The position numbers were made by a program, and so were the translations under genes. This document shows, one piece after another, positions 1-6,647 of a stretch of DNA of 32,000 nt. How positions within the stretch are numbered: the first letter of the stretch is position 1; the number at the start of each line of letters is the position of its first letter. Source of the stretch: Trichodesmium erythraeum IMS101. GTDB lineage: Bacteria; Cyanobacteriota; Cyanobacteriia; Cyanobacteriales; Microcoleaceae. The DNA lies in NCBI RefSeq assembly GCF_000014265.1, contig NC_008312.1, positions 6,930,001 to 6,962,000 on the forward strand, read 5' to 3'. The notes below the pieces were generated by a model. The model had not been told where the DNA came from, made no database searches, and saw only the letters and a list, made by a program, of their open reading frames with translations.

Positions 1-1
1 T

Positions 2-574
2 ATACTGGAGAAAAATTTACCTGATTTAGTAATTACAGATGTTATGATGCCTCAAGTAGATGGTTATCAATTTCTGCAAAAATTACGAGAAGAACCAAGA
101 TTTAAAGCTTTACCTGTAGTGTTTTTGACTGCCAAGGGGATGACTACAGACCGCATTCAGGGTTATCAGGCGGGTTGTGATGCTTATCTTTCTAAACCTT
201 TTGACCCAGAGGAGTTAGTAGCTATTGTCAATAATTTGTTAGAGCGTCGAGCATCAGCACAAACAGCTAATGGAGACGAAAAAACTTCGGATATTGCTGC
301 TCTAGCAGGTCAAATTGCAGAAATAAAGGCAATGTTGATGGGAAAAAATGCAATCGCTAAAACTACTTCAGTGATCAAAATAGATTTGACTCCAAGAGAA
401 CAGAGTGTTTTAGATCTGGTGGCTAGAGGGCTAATGAATAAGGAAATTGCTAGGGATCTAAGTACCAGTGTTCGGAATGTGGAAAAGTATGTGAGTAGAC
501 TATTTACTAAAACTGGGACGAATAGTCGAACGGAGTTAGTTCGCTATGCTTTAGAGCATGGGTTGACTAATTGA
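2..574 (+). CDS. Response regulator, NarL/FixJ family with LuxR-type HTH; 5' end cut by the window edge
   Basis: Frame 2 is open from base 2 (ILEKNLPDLVITDVMMPQVDG...), so the ATG at 44 is internal. Receiver-domain motifs (DVMMP..DG, LTAKG, SKPF) are followed by a C-terminal LuxR HTH (LTPREQSVLDLVARGLMNKEIARDLSTSVRNVEKYVSRLFTKTG). Confidence 0.85.
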   Translation: MLEKNLPDLVITDVMMPQVDGYQFLQKLREEPRFKALPVVFLTAKGMTTDRIQGYQAGCDAYLSKPFDPEELVAIVNNLLERRASAQTANGDEKTSDIAALAGQIAEIKAMLMGKNAIAKTTSVIKIDLTPREQSVLDLVARGLMNKEIARDLSTSVRNVEKYVSRLFTKTGTNSRTELVRYALEHGLTN

Positions 575-1401
575 TATAGCACTACAGGTAAGTCAAAAGT
601 TAAAACTAACTGCATAACTAAAATTCTTGACCTATTCTAATTATGACAGGCTTTCTGGAAGTTTGATGGGTGAGGGTAGGAGGGTTGGTCGCTATGATCG
701 GAGCGAAGAAATAGAGGCAGAAATAAATAAGGAATTCCAGAGGATGCGTCGAAAGTGTTTTCTTTGAATACTTCTGCTTGACATAGCTCAAAATTGAGGA
801 TTTTGCTCCGTTTGTTCTACAAACTTATACCTTTTTTGCACGAAAAAAAGCTCAAGCATTTATCTGTAAATTTTTTTAGTCTTGGAAGATTAGCTGATTT
901 TATTATCGCAACAATGAGGCTAATTATGGACATATTGTAGTAGGAATTTAAGTACCACCATTAACAGTAACTGAATGGTACGTTTTTTCTCCAAAGCTTA
1001 GGTTATCCATCTTGGTAAGAACGCCAAAATACAGTTGATAAAAGGTTCTTAGTCTATTTCAAGAAAGTTTTTGTGCTTAACTGCTCCCTAATATGATAGT
1101 GTATATACTGTTTCGTCTTCTACTAGTTACTTGTTAGTCTTGTAAAAATAGTGTCGCTATTTGTTGTAACTCTCTTTGTCTTAAAAGGGACATATCAAAA
1201 ACCGTGATTGGTTTACTACTGACGGCTATTTTTCTGAGGCTAATAAAATTTGCTTTAATTTAGTCAAAATGGCATAAATTTCTATCCATTTTCTCTCTAT
1301 TAATTCAGCAGAGCTAGAAGTAATTTATGGAAACTTAATCTGCTCCATACCACTTGTGAAAGATGAAATATCGGTCATACTAGATAAACTGAAAAAATTT
1401 A

Positions 1402-2475
1402 GTGCAATCAAATACTGTTCTTGATCAAACAAATGATACAAAGTCCATAGAGTTGCCCTTTACTCTTCAAGAGGTGAAAGCAGCTATTCCTGCCCACTGT
1501 TTTAAATCTTCCCTCTGGAGGTCTCTTAGCTACTTCTTTCTGGATATTGGCATTATCGCAGGTCTATATGGTATTGCTTACAGTTTAGATTCATGGTTCT
1601 TTTTTCCCTTCTTCTGGTTAATGCAAGGAACTATGTTTTGGGCTTTATTTGTAGTCGGGCATGACTGCGGTCATGGTTCTTTCTCAAAATACAAATGGGT
1701 TAATAATTTAGTTGGACACTTGTGTCATACTCCTATTCTCGTGCCATTCCATGGTTGGCGTATTAGTCATAGGACTCATCATGCTAATACAGGAAATATT
1801 GAAACTGATGAAAGTTGGTACCCAGTTTCTGAGAGCAAGTACAATATGATGCTCTGGTATGAAAAGCTATTTCGCTTCTATTTATTGTTATTAGCTTATC
1901 CTCTCTACTTATTTAAGCGATCGCCTAACCGCGAAGGTTCCCACTTTGTCCCCAACAGTCCTTTATTCCGTCCCCATGAAAAATCGGATGTTTTAACTAG
2001 TTCAGCACTGTGGATGTTAATGGTAGGTTTTCTCGGTTGTCTAACTTATCAATTTGGTTGGGTCTTTCTAGTAAAATATTATCTAGTTCCTTATATTATA
2101 TTTGTTATCTGGCTAGATTTAGTAACTTTCCTACATCATACTGACTCAGATATTCCTTGGTATCGTGGAAAGGACTGGTATTTTCTCAAGGGCGCGTTAT
2201 CAAGTATTGACCGCGACTATGGTTTCATTAACTCTATTCATCATGACATTGGTACTCATGTTGCTCATCACATATTCCTAAATATGCCTCATTATCATTT
2301 GAAGACAGCAACGGAGGCAATTAAACCTATCCTGGGTGAATATTATCACAAGTCAAGCGAACCAATATGGAAGAGTTTTATTAATTCTTACATGAATTGT
2401 CATTTTGTCTCAGATACAGGTTCTCAAATATATTATCGATCAGCTTGGAAAAAGCCTTCAGAGGAATTGAGCTGA
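1402..2475 (+). CDS. desB: Omega-3 (delta-15) acyl-lipid fatty acid desaturase
   Basis: 357 aa with a GTG start. Three histidine boxes (HDCGH, HRTHH, HVAHH). Long stretches match my recollection of Synechocystis DesB (ELPFTLQE, HGWRISHRTHHANTGNI, DESWYPVSE, LKGALS.IDRDYGFIN.IHHDIGTHVAHHIF). Confidence 0.9.
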   Translation: MQSNTVLDQTNDTKSIELPFTLQEVKAAIPAHCFKSSLWRSLSYFFLDIGIIAGLYGIAYSLDSWFFFPFFWLMQGTMFWALFVVGHDCGHGSFSKYKWVNNLVGHLCHTPILVPFHGWRISHRTHHANTGNIETDESWYPVSESKYNMMLWYEKLFRFYLLLLAYPLYLFKRSPNREGSHFVPNSPLFRPHEKSDVLTSSALWMLMVGFLGCLTYQFGWVFLVKYYLVPYIIFVIWLDLVTFLHHTDSDIPWYRGKDWYFLKGALSSIDRDYGFINSIHHDIGTHVAHHIFLNMPHYHLKTATEAIKPILGEYYHKSSEPIWKSFINSYMNCHFVSDTGSQIYYRSAWKKPSEELS

Positions 2476-2541
2476 AGATATCTTTGATATTCAACTCTGA
2501 TAATTCTGATTTACTGATTAAGTCTTAAAGTATTGATACAT

Positions 2542-2584
2542 AAGACTTTTGACTTTTTTCAAGTTAAAAAAAGTGTCTTTTTTT
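2542..2584 (+). terminator. Possible rho-independent terminator after desB
   Basis: AAGAC[TTTTG bulge]ACTTTTTT - loop CAAGTT - AAAAAAGTGTCTT, followed by a T-run, 66 nt after the desB stop. The stem is AT-rich, so the call is weak. Confidence 0.35.
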
Positions 2585-2846
2585 CAGTCTTTAAGGTTTA
2601 AAAAGTTAGTATTTTGGTCTCACTATGGTTGAGGGTGACAACGGATAAATATATCTAGCTCCCCTCTCCCAGGTATTACAGGAATGGTTAGGGATAAGTA
2701 AATTCTCTGTTCTTTTCTATGAACTTTGGATATAATTTCCCTATCCATTTCCTGGTCTATTCTTTCTCTTGAGGGTGCTTTAGAAGCAAAAGATTTATTA
2801 GTTTTTGTCTAAGCTGTTTCTATTCTTTCCCTTCAGTTTTTGGCTA

Positions 2847-3644
2847 TCAGTTAATAGCTGCTTTCAAATTTTGACAAAACTCGCCGATCGCTTTTAAACC
2901 TTCATCGGGACTTCCCTCTGCTAACCGCTTTACTACTGCACTACCAACAATGACTGCATCGCTTCCCCACTTTTTGACCTGTAAGGCTTGTTCCGGTTGA
3001 GAAATACCAAAGCCGACGCCTATGGGTTTATCTGTAACTTCCCGCATTTGTGCTAGCAAGTCTTCTACTCTGGTCTGCATTTGAGCACGCATTCCTGTTA
3101 CTCCGGTTACACTTACTAAATATATAAATCCTTGGGACTGATGAGCGATCGCCTTTATTCTCTCTTTTGGACTTGTGGGTGCTACTAATAAGGTTAGCTC
3201 TATGCCAATATCTTTTGCTGGTTCTAATAAAATATCGGCTTCTTCTAATGGCAGGTCTGGTACTACTAAACCTCTAGCTCCTACATCATAAATTTTTTTT
3301 AGGAAGTTCTCGACTCCTCTGTACAAAATTGGGTTGTAATAAGTAAATAGGATAATTGGCGATCGCAATTTCGGACTAACGGTCTGGACTACCTCTAATA
3401 CTGACTCTAAAGTAGTCCCTCGGTTTAAGGAACGGGTGGCAGCGGCTTGAATTACTGGACCATCAGCTAAAGGGTCAGAATAAGGGACTCCCAACTCAAT
3501 CATGTTGGCCCCACTTCTATCCAATACCTCTAGAGCTTTGGCTGTCGTTTCTAAGTCTGGGTCCCCTGCGGTAATGAAGGGAATTAGAGCACACTGACTA
3601 CTATTATTGCGTAGAGATTCAAAACAATCGGAGACTGAAATCAT
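2847..3644 (-). CDS. trpA: Tryptophan synthase alpha subunit
   Basis: 265 aa with typical TrpA sequence ([53 protein letters not shown]). No adjacent trpB, as is usual in cyanobacteria. Confidence 0.93.
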   Translation of the reverse strand: MISVSDCFESLRNNSSQCALIPFITAGDPDLETTAKALEVLDRSGANMIELGVPYSDPLADGPVIQAAATRSLNRGTTLESVLEVVQTVSPKLRSPIILFTYYNPILYRGVENFLKKIYDVGARGLVVPDLPLEEADILLEPAKDIGIELTLLVAPTSPKERIKAIAHQSQGFIYLVSVTGVTGMRAQMQTRVEDLLAQMREVTDKPIGVGFGISQPEQALQVKKWGSDAVIVGSAVVKRLAEGSPDEGLKAIGEFCQNLKAAIN

Positions 3645-3791
3645 TTTTTAATTTTCAATATTAGATAGTAAATAATTCAGAATTAGGATAGGGGAGTATT
3701 TAGGTTTGTAATATACAAAGGTTGTTTTGGTGGAATTGAACAAGGTCTGAATTTAGAGGGTCTGAAGTCAGAGTTTGTTTTTATTAGGAGG

Positions 3792-3881
3792 ATGAGTGAG
3801 CAATATTTGGGAAAGTTTATTATTTTTGCTCTGCATTCTCATGGTTTTATATTACTGCTATTTTATGGCAGAAATAACTGA
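3792..3881 (+). CDS. Candidate 29-aa single-helix membrane peptide (speculative small ORF)
   Basis: ATG directly preceded by AGGAGG (3786-3791). Translation is MSEQYLGKFIIFALHSHGFILLLFYGRNN. The stop codon lies inside a hairpin followed by a T9 run. I recognise no homology. Confidence 0.2.
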   Translation: MSEQYLGKFIIFALHSHGFILLLFYGRNN

Positions 3882-3909
3882 AGGTTTTTTATGTGTTCAG
3901 TTTTTTTTT
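3876..3909 (+). terminator. Hairpin plus T-run
   Basis: AACTGAA (3876-3882) pairs with TTCAGTT (3896-3902) over a 13-nt loop, then TTTTTTT. The stem is AT-rich. Confidence 0.3.
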
Positions 3910-4135
3910 GCCTCAGTAATAAATTTTTTTATAGCTTAGAATTATTTAGTTTTTTTCTCTTTTTGAGAGTACTTTTTTGGGCGGGAAGCTGGGCTATTTT
4001 TTTCCGAAAAATATGGATATAGTCATACTTAAGATAGCTAAATAGTATTTTTTTCTGGTTTTGGATATGTACGGCGCTTAAATTTAGCTTTCAGAATTTG
4101 ACTTTCAAAACTTTCAAAATAATGACTGATGTTTT

Positions 4136-4177
4136 GAAAAAAATTAATTAAAAAGTCGCCCTTGAAGGGCGAGACTT
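4136..4177 (-). terminator. Rho-independent terminator of the ndhL-DUF3007 pair
   Basis: On the minus strand: GTCTCGCCC TTCAA GGGCGAC followed by TTTTTAATTAATTTTTTT, about 95 nt after the stop at 4269. Confidence 0.55.
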
Positions 4178-4268
4178 TCAACCCAATTTTTTGGTAATTT
4201 TTCTCAGATTAAATACTGAAGTTGATTTTTATTCAGTGACTATCTAAGACTATTATTATTTTGATAGG

Positions 4269-4592
4269 TTATTTCTGTTTGTGAGTCTTTGTGGCCTTTT
4301 CCTGCTCAACTTCAGCTTGCAACTGGGCTAATTCTTCTGGTGTCATTTCTTCGAGACGTTTTTGCATTACCGCCTCTTCATAGTCTTTTAACTGTTGATT
4401 ATAAGTCATGTCACTATTGCTGACCCGAAATAAATAGCTCAGTAGCCAACCTACTAAACCGATGACTAAAAATGCTTGTGTCCAAACACCAGCGTCCATA
4501 CTATCTATGCCTACTACTTGTAGTATTAAGTAGGTCAGACCACCAACAACAAAAATACCGATACTTATTCCAATAGCATCAATTCGTCGCAT
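4269..4592 (-). CDS. Conserved cyanobacterial membrane protein (DUF3007-like)
   Basis: 107 aa: two N-terminal TM helices, then a charged helical tail (EEMTPEELAQLQAEVEQEK). The start ATG overlaps the ndhL stop by one base (TAATG), indicating translational coupling. Confidence 0.75.
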   Translation of the reverse strand: MRRIDAIGISIGIFVVGGLTYLILQVVGIDSMDAGVWTQAFLVIGLVGWLLSYLFRVSNSDMTYNQQLKDYEEAVMQKRLEEMTPEELAQLQAEVEQEKATKTHKQK

Positions 4593-4828
4593 TAACTTTC
4601 AATTTGTTGTTTTCTAGGGCGAAAATTTAAAAATGGGGACAAAACTAACATTCCTGGGAAGAATAGGAACATCAGGAAGTACATGAATACTCTTTCTATG
4701 GAACTAACTACATACCAACGGGTCTTTAGGTAGGCATAAACTATGGCTGGCATTACTAGAAAGTAGGCTCCGGCTAGGGCTGCATATATGATCAGGATGA
4801 TTAGGTTTGTGTCTAGGTCTAAGTTCAT
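4592..4828 (-). CDS. ndhL: NAD(P)H-quinone oxidoreductase (NDH-1) subunit L
   Basis: 78 aa. The motif [36 protein letters not shown] matches the conserved NdhL/IctA core as I recall it. Confidence 0.88.
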   Translation of the reverse strand: MNLDLDTNLIILIIYAALAGAYFLVMPAIVYAYLKTRWYVVSSIERVFMYFLMFLFFPGMLVLSPFLNFRPRKQQIES

Positions 4829-5041
4829 AAATAAGATGAGGACATTACAATAGTTAATAATAATTAATTATATTAATTGTGTTAATTGTATTCTGTTTAA
4901 TATATTATTATAACGAGATTGTTTTTCTGGCTAATCTCAAGATTATTTCAATTTTTTGGGAAATATACTTGCCAAAATTTTGATGTTGTGATTAAATAAA
5001 ATAATGATTGCTGACAACCTCGGGCAATCCTCCCAGTATTT

Positions 5042-5125
5042 GGGGGTGTGGCGGAATGGTAGACGCTACGGACTTAAAATCCGTTGACCTTAACAGTCGT
5101 GTGGGTTCAAGTCCCACCACCCCCA
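5042..5125 (+). tRNA. trnL-UAA: tRNA-Leu, anticodon UAA, type II with long variable arm, no intron, CCA not encoded
   Basis: Folded by hand. Acceptor GGGGGTG/CACCCCC plus discriminator A; D-arm GCG-GAATGGTAGA-CGC; anticodon arm ACGGA-CTTAAAA-TCCGT; 14-nt variable arm; T-arm GTGGG-TTCAAGT-CCCAC. Confidence 0.95.
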
Positions 5126-5300
5126 TTTGAATTTAGGCCTTTCTTTTCTTTTTTTGAGTTTTGCTTTTAGGGCTGGGCCTCGGATTTGGTTTTATTGAAA
5201 ATACTCTATTTTATCACAAAAGTTTGACAAGTGTGATAAAAATATTTTATGGCTTTCCTATTTAAAGGTGGTTTTGGTTATGGCTTTTTGTTGTTAGGTT

Positions 5301-6476
5301 TTATTCTGGGTTTTTACCTAACAATAATGAGCCTGGCATGGCTTTTCTGATCCAGTCTGTAATTAAAATTTGTTCGCGATCGCAGGACTGGACTATTTGA
5401 CCATTTAGGTTGCGCAATACTATTTCTGCAGGAATTTCAATTTCTTCCCCGGTAGGTATTATTATTTTCTCTATTTGACTGGCGGCAAAAGGTCGCAAGC
5501 TTTGAAAGACAATATAATTTCCGCTTTCTCCGGCTACAACTTCGGCTAAACCAAGATTTTGTCGATATTTAACTAGTTTGTGCTTAGACTTCATTCGGGA
5601 AAACATTGAGTTAGTGCGGTTGCCTTTAAAAAAGGTTGACTGGGTTGGTTTCCCCCAGTTTTTCCGCAAAGAAACGGGGTCGGTTAAAATATGAGTACAA
5701 ATTTTGTCAATGTCTACTGCTATATCTCCATTTTGCCCTAAATGTCGCAGGTCTAAACAGACTGTATGCAAACCACTTTTTTCTAAATTTTCAAGTTTGT
5801 CTAAAATAAATTGATCTTTATCCAAAAACATAAATGTGCCGTGGGCTGTTTCTAAGGTGGAAAAATTTCGGTTATTGCTATCCTCCGATGAGACTGTGGT
5901 TTCCAGGGGAATTTTTTTTTCTGAGTCTGGGTCTAACAAATGTGGAGACAGTAGGGAACGTGGGGAATAAAATAACAATATTTGCCCGACTCCCAGAATT
6001 TCACAAGCAACCGGGAGTTTTTGACAATATTCAATTAATTTTTTTTCTGGGAGCTCGATAGATAGTATTAAACGTGCCAAAGACTGAGAAAAAATTTCAC
6101 ACCAACCCCTCAGTGCTTCTAAGTTGTGGTTTCCTGTTTCGACAATGAACTGTAGTGCTATGTTTGGATGATGAGTTTTTAACCACCAAGCTGCTCCTGG
6201 GTCGCAAACCCGCACTGTTGGAAATTTGCTCAGTTCCCACAGACTCAGTTGTTGACAAATATTTTTCATGGTTTGTTCTGGCATCAAAATATCCCACACT
6301 AATACCGGGTGTAAACCATATTTTGTTGCGGTTGATGCTAGTGAATGTGTTTGTTGTTGTGAAAGTTGCCCTTGTCTGGCTAGGAGAGTGGGTTGCAGTA
6401 AAACTTCTTTTAAGTTGGCGGCCTTGACACACCTTTCTAGGTCGTTGATGGATGAGACAAAAGTATTAAATTGCAT
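5301..6476 (-). CDS. Divergent U32-family paralogue lacking the Fe-S cysteine motif
   Basis: Collinear with the U32 fold of the 14946-16148 gene (IVETGNHNLEALRGW, LARLILSIELPEKKLIEY, C-terminal barrel-like GEEIEIPAEIVLRNLNGQIV). The segment VGQILLFYSPRSLLS aligns with HGAMCMAFSGNCTIS of the neighbour, with C replaced by L and S. The ATG at 6476 is preferred over the TTG at 6488. Confidence 0.6.
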   Translation of the reverse strand: MQFNTFVSSINDLERCVKAANLKEVLLQPTLLARQGQLSQQQTHSLASTATKYGLHPVLVWDILMPEQTMKNICQQLSLWELSKFPTVRVCDPGAAWWLKTHHPNIALQFIVETGNHNLEALRGWCEIFSQSLARLILSIELPEKKLIEYCQKLPVACEILGVGQILLFYSPRSLLSPHLLDPDSEKKIPLETTVSSEDSNNRNFSTLETAHGTFMFLDKDQFILDKLENLEKSGLHTVCLDLRHLGQNGDIAVDIDKICTHILTDPVSLRKNWGKPTQSTFFKGNRTNSMFSRMKSKHKLVKYRQNLGLAEVVAGESGNYIVFQSLRPFAASQIEKIIIPTGEEIEIPAEIVLRNLNGQIVQSCDREQILITDWIRKAMPGSLLLGKNPE

Positions 6477-6520
6477 TTTGTTTCCCAAAAGAAAAATTTG
6501 AGCTTAAGTTTATTTATTCT

Positions 6521-6583
6521 AAAACCAAAAACCAAAAATCAAAAACCAAAAGTTTAAAACTTCAAACTTAAAACCAAAAACTT
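6521..6583 (+). repeat. A-tract / (AAAAMC)n low-complexity tract upstream of giant gene 1
   Basis: aaaaccaaaaaccaaaaatcaaaaaccaaaagtttaaaacttcaaacttaaaaccaaaaac, immediately upstream of the shared promoter-proximal block. Confidence 0.8.
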
Positions 6584-6589
6584 GACGCC

Positions 6590-6618
6590 TTTTCAAATTT
6601 CAAGTCAGCTATTATAAT
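6590..6618 (+). promoter_or_regulatory. Putative sigma70-type promoter of giant gene 1
   Basis: TTTTCA - 17 nt - TATAAT (6613-6618), 30 nt upstream of the ATG and conserved in the second copy. Motif match only. Confidence 0.3.
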
Positions 6619-6647
6619 ATTTAGTCAAACTATACTCTAAATTTCCC

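Noticed and set aside
5834-6501. Four short ORFs overlapping the U32-like gene (5834-6061, 6097-6432, 6155-6427, 6268-6501)
   Set aside because: They overlap a longer frame that has family-level similarity, and their translations show no motifs. The same reasoning applies to 15518-15706 and 15657-15896 inside the U32 gene; to 16518-16760 inside the Uma2 gene; to 19681-19887 over the USP gene 3' end; to 21919-22107 and 22285-22485 inside the TolC-like gene; and to 28576-28800 and 29828-30166 inside EF-G.
6582-6587. TTGACG as the -35 box of the giant-gene promoter
   Set aside because: It lies 25 nt from the TATAAT box, and in the second copy it is changed to TTAACG. The weaker TTTTCA at 17-nt spacing is conserved in both copies. 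All promoter calls remain low confidence.
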